Shown here piece by piece: positions 9,805 through 19,459 of a stretch of 64,000 bases of DNA (its first letter is position 1; each line of letters opens with the position of its first letter). Source of the stretch: Rickettsia typhi (GTDB lineage Bacteria > Pseudomonadota > Alphaproteobacteria > Rickettsiales > UBA1997); the NCBI GenBank assembly GCA_945862535.1, contig CAMAYG010000002.1, positions 32,175 through 96,174 on the forward strand, in the 5' to 3' direction. The notes beneath the pieces were generated by a model that saw only the letters and a program-made list of their open reading frames with translations, was not told the origin of the DNA and made no database searches. The translations under genes and the position numbers were made by a program.

Positions 9805-10323
9805 ATGATTCTTACCACTAATGCTCGTTATGCAATAATTGCTACTATAGAAATTGCTACTAATCAATATTTTGCTTTGCCGACAACGACAGAAGATAAT
9901 AAAAAAAAGTCTCCAAGGCTCAAACTTGCCGATATTGCTAAAAATAATCAGATTCCCCTTTCCTGCTTAGAACAAATATTTTCTAAGCTTAAAAATGCCC
10001 AAATAGTTAGGGCAATTAAGGGCCCGGGCGGTGGCTATGTTTTCGATAAAGCATTAAAAGAAATAAGCCTAGCATCGATACTTATTGCCGTTGGCGAGAA
10101 AATGAAAAATAATTCTTGTCACAGTGTTAATAATTGCACAAAGGATTTTATTAATCGCCTTAAGCAAGATTCTCGTTGCAAAACTCAGCATTTATGGCAA
10201 GCCTTAGAAAGCCAGATATATAACTATTTTGCCTCTATCAGCCTAGAAGATATTTGTTCCAACCCGCAAATTCTTGGCAATAATCAGCATTTTCTAAATC
10301 ATCAACCACAAGCTAATTGTTAA
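9805..10323 (+). CDS. Rrf2-family transcriptional regulator (IscR-like)
   Basis: 172 aa. N-terminal wHTH typical of Rrf2 (ARYAIIATIEIA ... GPGGGYVF), with three downstream Cys residues. Confidence 0.7.
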   Translation: MILTTNARYAIIATIEIATNQYFALPTTTEDNKKKSPRLKLADIAKNNQIPLSCLEQIFSKLKNAQIVRAIKGPGGGYVFDKALKEISLASILIAVGEKMKNNSCHSVNNCTKDFINRLKQDSRCKTQHLWQALESQIYNYFASISLEDICSNPQILGNNQHFLNHQPQANC

Positions 10324-10332
10324 TAGTTGCAA

Positions 10333-11007
10333 CTAAGATTTATCAGTCTCCTTAAGAATATCGCGGTAAAATTGTTCGCCAATGGCAATTTCTTCGCGGC
10401 CACGGCTCTGTCTCCAAGCATTGGTATCTCTTAACGAGAATATGCAACCGCAATATTCTTGCTTGTAAAATTCTTCTCTTTTGGCAATTTCATACATTCG
10501 ATAAGCCCCTCCTGCTTTTCTCCAGTTGTAAGTCCAGTAGATTAGCCCCGGATAGTGGCTGGCCGCCCTTTCTCCGCATTCGTTAATTTGCTCCATATTT
10601 TTCCATCGCGAAATCGCAAGCGAACTAGTAAAAATATCGAAACCATTTTCAACAGCATAAAGTGCCGTCCGCTCAAATCTCATATCGAAGCATTTAGTGC
10701 ATCTTTCGCCTCTTTCTGGGCTTTGCTCTAAGCCTTTTGCTCTAGCAAACCAATTTTGAATATCGTAGTCGGCATCAATAAAATCAATACCAAGTTTTTC
10801 GGCAAAACGAATATTTTCTTCCTTGCGAATAAGATATTCTTTTTTTGGATGAATATTGGGATTATAAAAAAATATCGTCAGATTAATGTTCGATTCTAAC
10901 ATTCTCTCCATTAAGTCTCCGGCACATGGAGCACAACAACTATGCATCAACAATTTGTTATTTTTTGCTTCTGCGGGGAGTTGCAAATTATATTGATATT
11001 CGGTCAT
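10333..11007 (-). CDS. queH: epoxyqueuosine reductase QueH (DUF208)
   Basis: 224 aa. Family Cys signatures [18 protein letters not shown] and QEYCGCIFS. Confidence 0.8.
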   Translation of the reverse strand: MTEYQYNLQLPAEAKNNKLLMHSCCAPCAGDLMERMLESNINLTIFFYNPNIHPKKEYLIRKEENIRFAEKLGIDFIDADYDIQNWFARAKGLEQSPERGERCTKCFDMRFERTALYAVENGFDIFTSSLAISRWKNMEQINECGERAASHYPGLIYWTYNWRKAGGAYRMYEIAKREEFYKQEYCGCIFSLRDTNAWRQSRGREEIAIGEQFYRDILKETDKS

Positions 11008-11089
11008 TTTTATAATTTTGAGTTAATTATCGAGAAGAAATATTCTGCAATAATATTGCATAAGCTATCAAATATGGCAATTTATTGTA

Positions 11090-12388
11090 TTATAATTTTT
11101 CTAGGTCGCCAATATAACGGCGAAGGTCATTAGGTATAGCAACCGAGCCATCTGCTTGTTGATAATTCTCGATAATTGCAACGATGGTTCTGCCAACAGC
11201 AAGAGCCGAGCCGTTTAATGTATGAACCAGCTGATTTTTGCCATTGGCATCTTTATAGCGGGTCATTAATCTTCGGGCTTGAAAATCGCCACAATTAGAA
11301 CAGCTAGAAATTTCACGATATTGATTTTGCGACGGCAACCAAACTTCTAGATCGTAGGTTTTATTGGCCGTAAAGCCAATGTCGCCACTACATAACATTA
11401 TTTTGCGGTAAGGCAATTCTAGTTTTTGCAAAATAGAGCAAGCAATATTGGTCATTCTTTCATGCTCGATTTTTGAATGTTCGGCGGTGGTTAGGGAGAT
11501 TAATTCGACTTTTTTAAATTGATGTTGCCGAATCATTCCCTTGGTGTCACGGCCAGCAGAGCCAGCTTCACGACGAAAACAAGGGGTGTAGGCAACAAGG
11601 CGAATTGGCAATTCTTCTTCCTGAAGAATTCTTTTTGCAAAAAGATTAACCAAAGACACCTCTGCTGTAGGAATAAGCCAATAATCATCGACCGTCCTAA
11701 AGGCTTCTTCGGCAAATTTTGGCAATTGCCCAGAAGAAAACATTGCCTCGCTTTTGACTAAATTTGGTGGCGAAACCTCGTTATAGCCATTTTCATTGGC
11801 AATATCAAGCATAAAATTACTTAATGCCCGTTCTAATTTTGCTAAATTGCCAAAAAGGCTTGAAAACCTAGCCCCAGAAACAATGGCACTTTGCTCGAAA
11901 TCTAGCAGTTTGAGCTTTGTGGCGATCGTGCTATGATCTTGCGGGGTAAAATTAAATTTTGGAATATCGCCAAATGTCTCAACCACAATATTACCATTTT
12001 CATCTGTGGCAATTGGCACTGCCTGATCTAGCAGGTTTGGAACCGTTGCCAATATTTGTTTTAATTGCTCTTCGGCAGAATTATTTGTGTCGCTTATGTC
12101 ACTATTTGCAATTTCTGTGTTGATTTGTTGTGATTTTGCAGTTAATAAGGCTATTTCTTCGTTGATTTTATTGCTCCCAGCAGGGTCTAGTGCTAATTTG
12201 TGCTTATGTGATGCAATATTTTTGGCGATAAGGTTTCTTTCTGCCTGCAGAGATTCGAGCTTGATTTTATTTGCTTTAACAATATTATCTAGCTCAATTA
12301 TTGGCTCGGCACGAATTTCGGCATTACGAGCGACCATAATTGCATTGAAATGACTAGGGTTTTGTTGAATATATTTGAGGTCTATCAT
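11090..12388 (-). CDS. serS: seryl-tRNA synthetase
   Basis: 432 aa. N-terminal coiled-coil arm, class II motif 2 (CFRREAGSAGRDTKGMIRQHQF) and motif 3 (GSALAVGRT). Confidence 0.95.
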   Translation of the reverse strand: MIDLKYIQQNPSHFNAIMVARNAEIRAEPIIELDNIVKANKIKLESLQAERNLIAKNIASHKHKLALDPAGSNKINEEIALLTAKSQQINTEIANSDISDTNNSAEEQLKQILATVPNLLDQAVPIATDENGNIVVETFGDIPKFNFTPQDHSTIATKLKLLDFEQSAIVSGARFSSLFGNLAKLERALSNFMLDIANENGYNEVSPPNLVKSEAMFSSGQLPKFAEEAFRTVDDYWLIPTAEVSLVNLFAKRILQEEELPIRLVAYTPCFRREAGSAGRDTKGMIRQHQFKKVELISLTTAEHSKIEHERMTNIACSILQKLELPYRKIMLCSGDIGFTANKTYDLEVWLPSQNQYREISSCSNCGDFQARRLMTRYKDANGKNQLVHTLNGSALAVGRTIVAIIENYQQADGSVAIPNDLRRYIGDLEKL

Positions 12389-12526
12389 ATATTTGGATGG
12401 TGTCTATTGATTTGTATCTTTTAACCTTGCTTTAGGTATTTTAGCTTTATATTTTAAGCTTAGCAAAAAGCTTTAAGGATTTGTTGATTTTTGGCCAATT
12501 AAATTTCTGTTTGACTTTCTGTTAAT

Positions 12527-12603
12527 TGGCGAGCCCGAAACGATTCGAACGTTCGACCCACAGCTTAGAAGGCTGTTGCTCTATCCATCTGAGCTACGGG
12601 CTC
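12527..12603 (-). tRNA. tRNA-Arg (anticodon UCU), CCA encoded
   Basis: Hand-folded reverse complement: GAGCCCG-TA-GCTC-AGATGGATA-GAGC-A-ACAGC-CTTCTAA-GCTGT-GGGTC-GAACG-TTCGAAT-CGTTT-CGGGCTC-G-CCA. All four stems pair. Confidence 0.9.
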
Positions 12604-12831
12604 TATTTAATTGGCTTTTAACTAGATTTATTAAGAAAAATGCGGTTTTTACTTAATTTTGCAAAGATTACGGTTCTTACGGCTCTTATTTTGTGCAAAA
12701 AACTATCAGTTAAAAATAATTATCGCCAAAAGATATTTGCCTTTTTAAAAAAAGCAACCATTATTTGCAAGAGAATTTAAAATTTAACTTAATTAAACTG
12801 TTTTAGTGTAATACTATTGTTAAAAAAATAC

Positions 12832-12859
12832 TTGAAAAATAAATTTTGCTAAATCTAAT
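12832..12859 (+). promoter_or_regulatory. candidate sigma70-type promoter for the outer-membrane protein gene
   Basis: TTGAAA, a 16-nt spacer, then TCTAAT, preceded by an A-tract. It lies ~115 nt upstream of the ATG at 12976. Confidence 0.3.
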
Positions 12860-12975
12860 TGCAAATTACACTAGTCTAGTTTTAATCTGGACTCCAATGT
12901 GCCAATATTACTTCAATTGACCTATTTGGCAAGAGAAGTAATATTACTTACAACCAACAACATTACAACTAACAA

Positions 12976-13722
12976 ATGAAAAAATTAATCATTCTGTCTT
13001 CTCTGTTACTAAGTTTTCTAGCCAGCGAAGAAGCTCTAGCAAAAGCTAAAAAAGGCAAAAGAGTTAATAAAAATTTAGCCAAAACTATCGAATCTACTCT
13101 AGAAGCACCTAAATTCGTTGAATCAAAAATTTTGCCATCTTCAGCAGTTAAGGCAAAAGGAACTTCTGGGCATTATGTTGGTGTTAACTTAATTAATACC
13201 ACTCTAGAAGCAAGTACAGAAAATGATACCCAAAACAATAGTTACCAGCCAGAAAGAAGCAAAATTTCTACAGGTTTAAGCTATCAATATGCATTCAACT
13301 ATAAAGGTTTTTTCGTTGCTCCAGAATTGTTTTATAACTTTAACAACACTAATTCTGTAAATAGCATCGAAGAAACTCAAAAAGGAGCCGAGGCTAACCT
13401 TAAGCAAAGCTACGGTGTAAAATTAAACCTTGGTTACGATATTACCGACAAGTTCTCGGTATTTGGCTTAGTTGGTCACTCAGAAGTCCGTGCTAAAATT
13501 AAATCTTACTCAGTGCAAGACGAAGTATTTGAACAACAATCTTTAACACAAGAAGCTTTCATTATGGGTCTTGGTGCCAGATATGTAGTTGGTAAAAATA
13601 TATCAGTTAAATTATCTCACGAAATTAATCAACTGGGCTTTAGCAAAAAAGTACTTGATACTACAGACAAAATCAATCCAGAATATTCTGTAACTAGCTT
13701 AGGTGTTGCTTACAACTTCTAA
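12976..13722 (+). CDS. outer-membrane beta-barrel protein (small porin / Omp25-OmpA-like barrel family)
   Basis: 248 aa. Signal peptide (MKKLIILSSLLLSFLASEEALA), alternating beta-strand pattern, and a C-terminal aromatic residue (VAYNF). Confidence 0.7.
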   Translation: MKKLIILSSLLLSFLASEEALAKAKKGKRVNKNLAKTIESTLEAPKFVESKILPSSAVKAKGTSGHYVGVNLINTTLEASTENDTQNNSYQPERSKISTGLSYQYAFNYKGFFVAPELFYNFNNTNSVNSIEETQKGAEANLKQSYGVKLNLGYDITDKFSVFGLVGHSEVRAKIKSYSVQDEVFEQQSLTQEAFIMGLGARYVVGKNISVKLSHEINQLGFSKKVLDTTDKINPEYSVTSLGVAYNF

Positions 13723-13734
13723 TTATTAGTTTAA

Positions 13735-13784
13735 TTTTTGTAATAGTAAAATGGGGGGAAACCTCTCTTTTACTATTACAAAAA
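13735..13784 (+). terminator. long perfect hairpin after the OMP gene (putative intrinsic terminator)
   Basis: TTTTTGTAATAGTAAAA, a 16-nt loop, then TTTTACTATTACAAAAA. The stem is 17 bp and perfect, and starts 13 nt after the stop codon. Confidence 0.6.
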
Positions 13785-13793
13785 TAGAAGCGG

Positions 13794-13868
13794 GCTTTCG
13801 TAGCTCAGGGGATAGAGCATTGGTTTCCTAAACCATGTGCGCATGTTCGAATCATGCCGAAAGCACCA
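13794..13868 (+). tRNA. tRNA-Arg (anticodon CCU), CCA encoded
   Basis: Hand fold: GCTTTCG-TA-GCTC-AGGGGATA-GAGC-A-TTGGT-TTCCTAA-ACCAT-GTGC-GCATG-TTCGAAT-CATGC-CGAAAGC-A-CCA. There is one 27:43 mismatch and a 4-nt variable loop. Confidence 0.85.
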
Positions 13869-13921
13869 TATTTAAACAACGTATTGCCTTATAGCCAAGC
13901 TAACAACTGTTAATCTAGATT

Positions 13922-14620
13922 ATGTTAGCAAAATTATTGCTTAGAAATATTAATATAAAACAAGCTAGAACCACGGAAATTATAGCCCCAGAAATTATAG
14001 CCCCAGAAATTATAGCCACGGAAGCTAGGGCAACGGCAATTAGATCCGCAGTCAACACTATTTTATTAACAATATTGTTAATAAAAATATTCTCTTGTAA
14101 TTTATTTGCCAAATCTCCTTCTGCCAACCCATCTCCCAGCTTAACTTCTGCCTTATCTACAAGCCAAACAGAAGAAATATCGACAGAAAAAATATCGCCT
14201 AACTTATCATATAAAGATTTTAACAAGAAGATTTACCTAACTCGCACCGATTCTCAAGTAAAAAATTTTAAAGTTGCAACCTTTGTTGTTGCCATTGCCG
14301 ATAACGAAGAAAAAAGAAGATTGGGGCTTATGCATGTTAAGAACTTGCCAATAAATTATGGAATGATTTTTCTTTTCGATTCTCACTCTCGCCAAAATAG
14401 TTTTGATCGTAAAATCGCAATGTGGATGAAAAACACTTTGATCGATCTCGATATGGTATTTCTTAACAAAAATTACCGTATTATTGGCCTTTATAAAAAT
14501 GCCAAAGCGGAATCTGTTAATATTATCAATGCCCCAGAGGATACAACGATGGTTTTAGAATTAAACAGTGGCCTAGTTGATAAATTGAAAATTAAGATTG
14601 GCGATGAATGCAGTATTTAA
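13922..14620 (+). CDS. DUF192-domain protein with an N-terminal repeat/signal extension
   Basis: 232 aa. The C-terminal ~130 aa match the DUF192 pattern (VAIADNEEKRRLGLM...L....GMIFLFD ... MWMKNTLIDLDMVF). The N-terminus carries EIIAP x3 followed by a hydrophobic segment. Confidence 0.7.
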   Translation: MLAKLLLRNINIKQARTTEIIAPEIIAPEIIATEARATAIRSAVNTILLTILLIKIFSCNLFAKSPSANPSPSLTSALSTSQTEEISTEKISPNLSYKDFNKKIYLTRTDSQVKNFKVATFVVAIADNEEKRRLGLMHVKNLPINYGMIFLFDSHSRQNSFDRKIAMWMKNTLIDLDMVFLNKNYRIIGLYKNAKAESVNIINAPEDTTMVLELNSGLVDKLKIKIGDECSI

Positions 14621-14621
14621 G

Positions 14622-15761
14622 CTATTCGCCAATAATCACCTTATTAATTAGCTTGCTAATACCAAGATGATTCTTTTTGATAAAATCGAATAGCAACGAA
14701 TAATCTCCTTCCCACATTAGGATTGGCAAAGAAAAACTCGTTGCCCCATGGCCAATATATTCGCTAATATTACCCAAAAATTCAATCTGCAAAAATGCAG
14801 CCGCAAGCATTAAAGAAATAATCACAACATCGCAATTATCGTCCATAAATTTAGCACTAAGATTTATCGACGGCAATAATTTGTTGTGGTCAAATTTTTG
14901 CTCATCGTAAATGCCATTTGCTATTCTAAGGCTTCGCTTCATATATAAATTAAATTCGGTAAATCTTTGTTGCTGAATCATTAAATTGAGCTTTTTAAGA
15001 TTATCGATAAGAAAACCGTAGCTCCAAAGCACTTGTTCGCGATTAGCTTTAAAAATATCGAGCCATAATTCCTTGTTAGATCTGGTAAGCCTTAGGCTTT
15101 GTTGCCAATACGGGCTATTTTCGCTAATTTCTTTAAAGTCTTTCAGTTCTAAATTAATCAAAAAGCTAAGAAATTGTGGCAAGTGCGAGGCAAGAGCATA
15201 AAATATGTCGTGCTCTTCGCAGTTTAAATTTTTAATTCTACAACCAAGATTGGTAAAAAAAGCGGTTATAATTTGTTGTTTTGCAGTAATTTCGGGCAAG
15301 AAATCTTTAATTTCATTGACTTTGCTAATATCTTCGATGATTGCTAGTTTATTGTCAAAGAGGCTTGATGTAGAAGCCTCGTAGCCAATTTTTTCCGAGC
15401 CAGCAATGGGGTGGGCACCAATAAAATATGGCCTTAGCTCCTGTGGCAGAATTGGCCTGATAAAATCTTTAACCGAGCCACAATCGCTAATTATCACATT
15501 TTGATGCAATTTAGCTTTTGCCAAATTAAGAAAGATATCTTGATAGCAATTAAGCGGGGTGGCAATAATAATAAGGTCGTAAAGCGATAAATCTTTATTA
15601 ATATCGATAATCTGATCGATAATATTTGTTGATAATGCCGAATCTAGGCTTGTTTTATTGCTGTCGATTGCGGAAATTTTTATATTGTTATTTTTTGATT
15701 TTAAGGTTTTGGCAATTGAACCGCCAATAAGACCAAGACCAATAATTAGAAGGTTTTGCAC
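14622..15761 (-). CDS. prephenate/arogenate dehydrogenase family protein
   Basis: 379 aa. N-terminal Rossmann motif (IIGLGLIGGSIAK) and HPIAGSEKIG (the family HP.AG motif). Confidence 0.65.
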   Translation of the reverse strand: MQNLLIIGLGLIGGSIAKTLKSKNNNIKISAIDSNKTSLDSALSTNIIDQIIDINKDLSLYDLIIIATPLNCYQDIFLNLAKAKLHQNVIISDCGSVKDFIRPILPQELRPYFIGAHPIAGSEKIGYEASTSSLFDNKLAIIEDISKVNEIKDFLPEITAKQQIITAFFTNLGCRIKNLNCEEHDIFYALASHLPQFLSFLINLELKDFKEISENSPYWQQSLRLTRSNKELWLDIFKANREQVLWSYGFLIDNLKKLNLMIQQQRFTEFNLYMKRSLRIANGIYDEQKFDHNKLLPSINLSAKFMDDNCDVVIISLMLAAAFLQIEFLGNISEYIGHGATSFSLPILMWEGDYSLLFDFIKKNHLGISKLINKVIIGE

Positions 15762-15767
15762 GATATT

Positions 15768-16655
15768 TTAAGTTAAGTTAAATTCTAGGTTGATAAGACA
15801 CGGACAGTGATCCGAGGGATTTTGCTGGTTCCGTAAACTGCTAATTAATTTGGCATCTGCTAAATAATTACTAGCTTTGGCATTTAGCAACAAGTAGTCA
15901 AGCCTTAGTCCATGATTTTTAGCAAAGGCCTGCTTGCGATAGTCCCACCAAGAAAATTCTTGCTGTTGCTGATTGATAAGGCGGTAGGAATCGAAAAATC
16001 CTAGGTTAATAATTTGACGAAAATATTGCCTTTCAAGCTTAGAACAACAAAGAGTTTCTTGTAGCAAATGCGGGTTATAAACATCGATATTACTGCAAGC
16101 AACATTGAAGTCGCCACCAATAATCTGCAGTTCATTTGCATAATTTAAATTATTACCTAAATGTTGCTGTAAATTATTTAGAAAAGCAAGTTTATAGTGA
16201 AATTTTGTGCTTTCTTGCCAGTTTTTATCGCTTTGCTGATGCACTTCGCCACCAATATTGCTATTACTGCCACCATTTGGCACATAAACAGAAGATAAGC
16301 GGAGAAGCTGATTGTTAATATTGATTGTTGCCTCGATATATCTTGCCTGACAAGGTTCTTGGCTATTTTCTGCCGTTGGTAAGTTGCAGATTACTTCGTT
16401 AAAAGGAAATTTGCTAAGAATGGCAACACCATTGTAGCTTTTTTCGCCGTTAATCGCAATATTATAGCCTAATTCTTCGAATACCGAGGTGGGAAATTGT
16501 TCTGCGGTGCATTTTATTTCTTGGAGCATCAAAATATCGATTGGCTTTCCAAGGTTTTTGGCTTGTATCAACCAGTTTAAAACATTTTCTAGGCGAGCGC
16601 GGATTGAATTTACATTAAGTGAGGCGATATTAAGATTTTTTGGTGTTAGTGGCAT
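15768..16655 (-). CDS. xthA: exodeoxyribonuclease III
   Basis: 295 aa. EEP-nuclease motifs LNVNSIRARL, MLQEIK, GGDFNV and SDHCP. Confidence 0.9.
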   Translation of the reverse strand: MPLTPKNLNIASLNVNSIRARLENVLNWLIQAKNLGKPIDILMLQEIKCTAEQFPTSVFEELGYNIAINGEKSYNGVAILSKFPFNEVICNLPTAENSQEPCQARYIEATININNQLLRLSSVYVPNGGSNSNIGGEVHQQSDKNWQESTKFHYKLAFLNNLQQHLGNNLNYANELQIIGGDFNVACSNIDVYNPHLLQETLCCSKLERQYFRQIINLGFFDSYRLINQQQQEFSWWDYRKQAFAKNHGLRLDYLLLNAKASNYLADAKLISSLRNQQNPSDHCPCLINLEFNLT

Positions 16656-16666
16656 ATGATATTTTA

Positions 16667-17170
16667 TTAATAGTTCATTGCAAAAGGATGTAAATCTTTC
16701 ATAAAATGAAAACCGCGAATATAAAAGCCCTGACGATAATAAAGATTGTGCGAGAGTTTATTTTCAATGTAAGAATCTAGCACCAACTTGTTGCATTTGT
16801 GGTCTATTGCCATTTGTTGGCAGTAGCCTAATACTGCTTCGCCAATTTTCAGGTTGCGATATTGGTTGTCGACAACTAGATTAGAAATTTGCATATAACG
16901 ACCACAGTAAAGCATTGTAAAAATCGATATTCCTGCCACGGCAACCAGCTTTTTATTTAAATTTACCAGCACCATTTGGTATTGATTACTGCCAATCATT
17001 TCTTTGAGCAATTCTTGATATTGGCTTTTTTTTAGGCCAGGGTGAGATTGCTTGATAATTTCGAAGGCATCAAGCATCGATTTTACATCTTTGACATTAG
17101 TAAATGTTAGATCTGAATTATGGTTAGATTTGCCGTTTTCTATTATTAAGCTGTTGTTATTTGTTGGCAT
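16667..17170 (-). CDS. GNAT-family N-acetyltransferase
   Basis: 167 aa. Acetyl-CoA binding segment VVDNQYRNLKIGEAVLGY. Overlaps the murC stop region by 14 nt. Confidence 0.7.
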   Translation of the reverse strand: MPTNNNSLIIENGKSNHNSDLTFTNVKDVKSMLDAFEIIKQSHPGLKKSQYQELLKEMIGSNQYQMVLVNLNKKLVAVAGISIFTMLYCGRYMQISNLVVDNQYRNLKIGEAVLGYCQQMAIDHKCNKLVLDSYIENKLSHNLYYRQGFYIRGFHFMKDLHPFAMNY

Positions 17171-18662
17171 TATCTAAATTCTCTAATTGTGATTGCAGTT
17201 GCTCTGCCCAATAGGTTATATTGCCAGCGCCGGTGCAAAATATTATGTCGTCTTTTTCGACAATTTCTTTAATTAACCTTGCTAATTGGTCTTGGTTTTT
17301 AAAAGCAAGAACCTTGCTATTTCCTGCTTCCATAATGCCTTGAACTAAAGTTTCTTGACTAATATTTGCAATTGGCGACTGCCCAGCGCTGTAGATTTCC
17401 GATACCAAAACAATATCGGCACTATAAAAAGCATGGCAAAATTCGTTAAATAAATCGCGGATTCTAGTAAATTTATGTGGCTCAAAAACACAAATTAACT
17501 TACCGCTACAAATAGATTTTGCAGTTACGAGAGTAGTTTCAATTTCTGTTGGATGATGCCCGTAATCGTCGATAATTACCGCCCCACGATATTGCCCGAC
17601 TTTACTAAATCTTCTTTTTACTCCAAGGAATTTGCTAAAGGCCTTAATGATAACTTGATGATCTATCGATAAATAATCGGCAATAGCAATAGCGGCTAAA
17701 GCATTGCTAACATTGTGTTTGCCATATATTCCCATAAATATATTTGCTATTTTTCTGCCGTCGATAAAATTAACACTAAAGCTACTGCCTTGGCTATCTA
17801 TTTTAATGTTGCTTGCAGTGATTTTGGCAGTTTTATTGGCTGAATCTAGTGAATAGCCAATAATTTTTTCTTGATTTGAGCAGTTAATTGCTAGCTCTTG
17901 CGATTCTTTGTTGTCGAGGCAGATGGCACAAATTGAATCATTTGGAATTTGGTCGAGATACTGCCGATAATATTGCTTTTGTATTGCAAAACTGCCATTA
18001 TAACCAATAAAATCGAGATGCTCTGGTTCGATATTGGTAATTACTCCTATCTTGCTTGGCAGGTTTACAAAACTAGCATCAGATTCGTCGGATTCGGCAA
18101 TGAAATATTTGCCTTTGCCAATTTTTTGATTGCTAGCAAAGTTATTTAATATTCCGCCATTGATAAAAGTTGGATCAAGCCCCGCTTCTTCGACAATAAA
18201 AGAAATCATTGCGGTGGTGCTAGTTTTGCCGTGGGTTCCAGCGATTGTAATGCCAATTTTTTCGCTCATAAGGGCCGCAAGCAATTCTGCCCTCGTAATG
18301 ATTGGAATATTAAGATTTTTTGCCTCAATTATTTCTGGGTTGCTGTCTTTGATAATTGAAGTTTTAACAACTAAAGTAACTTTATTATTAATATTTATGC
18401 TATCATGACCTAGGAAATAGTCTATTTTAGCATTTTCCATTTTTTCACTCAGATAGTTTTTGCTAAGGTCGGAACCCTGAACGGCAATATTTTTTTGTCT
18501 AAGAACTAAGGCAAGGGCACTCATGCCAATGCCACCAATGCCAATAAAATGAACGATATTTTGCGATGTTTCTTTGTTATTCTGCAATGACAAAATTTCT
18601 GGTAACATTTTTGGCAACATTTCTAGTGTCTTAATTTTTTCGACAATTTGAGCGAGCAACAT
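17157..18662 (-). CDS. murC: UDP-N-acetylmuramate--L-alanine ligase
   Basis: 501 aa. HFIGIGGIGMSALA, P-loop GTHGKTSTTAM, DDYGHHPTEI. Confidence 0.95.
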   Translation of the reverse strand: MLLAQIVEKIKTLEMLPKMLPEILSLQNNKETSQNIVHFIGIGGIGMSALALVLRQKNIAVQGSDLSKNYLSEKMENAKIDYFLGHDSININNKVTLVVKTSIIKDSNPEIIEAKNLNIPIITRAELLAALMSEKIGITIAGTHGKTSTTAMISFIVEEAGLDPTFINGGILNNFASNQKIGKGKYFIAESDESDASFVNLPSKIGVITNIEPEHLDFIGYNGSFAIQKQYYRQYLDQIPNDSICAICLDNKESQELAINCSNQEKIIGYSLDSANKTAKITASNIKIDSQGSSFSVNFIDGRKIANIFMGIYGKHNVSNALAAIAIADYLSIDHQVIIKAFSKFLGVKRRFSKVGQYRGAVIIDDYGHHPTEIETTLVTAKSICSGKLICVFEPHKFTRIRDLFNEFCHAFYSADIVLVSEIYSAGQSPIANISQETLVQGIMEAGNSKVLAFKNQDQLARLIKEIVEKDDIIFCTGAGNITYWAEQLQSQLENLDNANK

Positions 18663-18685
18663 TTAAAAAATAATTGATTAGTAAT

Positions 18686-19459
18686 TTATTGGGATTGGCT
18701 GTTTTTGTTTTTGATTAAGTCAGGCCTTCTATCGGAGGTGATTTTTCTAGACATTTCTAATCGCCAATTTTGAATATTTTTGTGGTTGCCAGATTGCAAA
18801 ACCTCTGGCACCGAAATTCTGGTCGTGGTATCGTCTGTGGAATTATTAATTTCCCAATTTGCAGGGCGGGTATAATGCGGATATTCGAGCAAGTTGGCAA
18901 AAACCGATTCTGCACTATTGCCAAAAGATTCTTCCGCTAAAGATTCTTTGTCGCCCAAAACTCCGGGTAGGTTTCGCATCACTGCATCAATAACCACCAT
19001 CGCTGCCAACTCTCCACCGCTTAAGATAAAATCACCAATCGATATTTCCTGCATCTGATAGTAATCGATAATTCTCTGATCTATTCCTTCGTAACGACCG
19101 CAAATTAGGTTAATAGTCGTTTCGTTTTGTGAATCTGTGTTGGCGAGCATTTTTGCTAATTCGCGGGCCTTTTCTTGTTTAAAAGGGTGACCACGAGGCG
19201 ATAGATAAAAAACATTATCACCAATTTTAACATTATTACTTACTAGGGCATTGTTTAAAACATCTGGCTTTATTACCATACCACTACCACCGCCAAAAGG
19301 AATATCGTCGACGGTGCCGTTTTTATCGAAGGCAAATTTTCTAATGTCTATTGCTTCAACTAAGCAAATGCCCTTATTTAGTGCCTTGCCAGTAATTGAA
19401 TAGCCTAAAACCCCCGGAAAAGCCTGAGGAAAGAGGGTGAAAACTCTAAATTTATACAT
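18686..19459 (-). CDS. trmD: tRNA (guanine37-N1)-methyltransferase
   Basis: 257 aa. FTLFPQAFPG, GGGSGMV, GRYEGIDQRI, SIGDFILSGGE. Confidence 0.95.
   Translation of the reverse strand: MYKFRVFTLFPQAFPGVLGYSITGKALNKGICLVEAIDIRKFAFDKNGTVDDIPFGGGSGMVIKPDVLNNALVSNNVKIGDNVFYLSPRGHPFKQEKARELAKMLANTDSQNETTINLICGRYEGIDQRIIDYYQMQEISIGDFILSGGELAAMVVIDAVMRNLPGVLGDKESLAEESFGNSAESVFANLLEYPHYTRPANWEINNSTDDTTTRISVPEVLQSGNHKNIQNWRLEMSRKITSDRRPDLIKNKNSQSQ

Noticed and set aside
13915-14226. 103-aa antisense ORF opposite the start of the DUF192 gene
   Set aside because: It is open only because of the 15-nt repeat and AT-rich sequence. It has no motif, and the sense strand carries a recognisable domain downstream in the same ORF.
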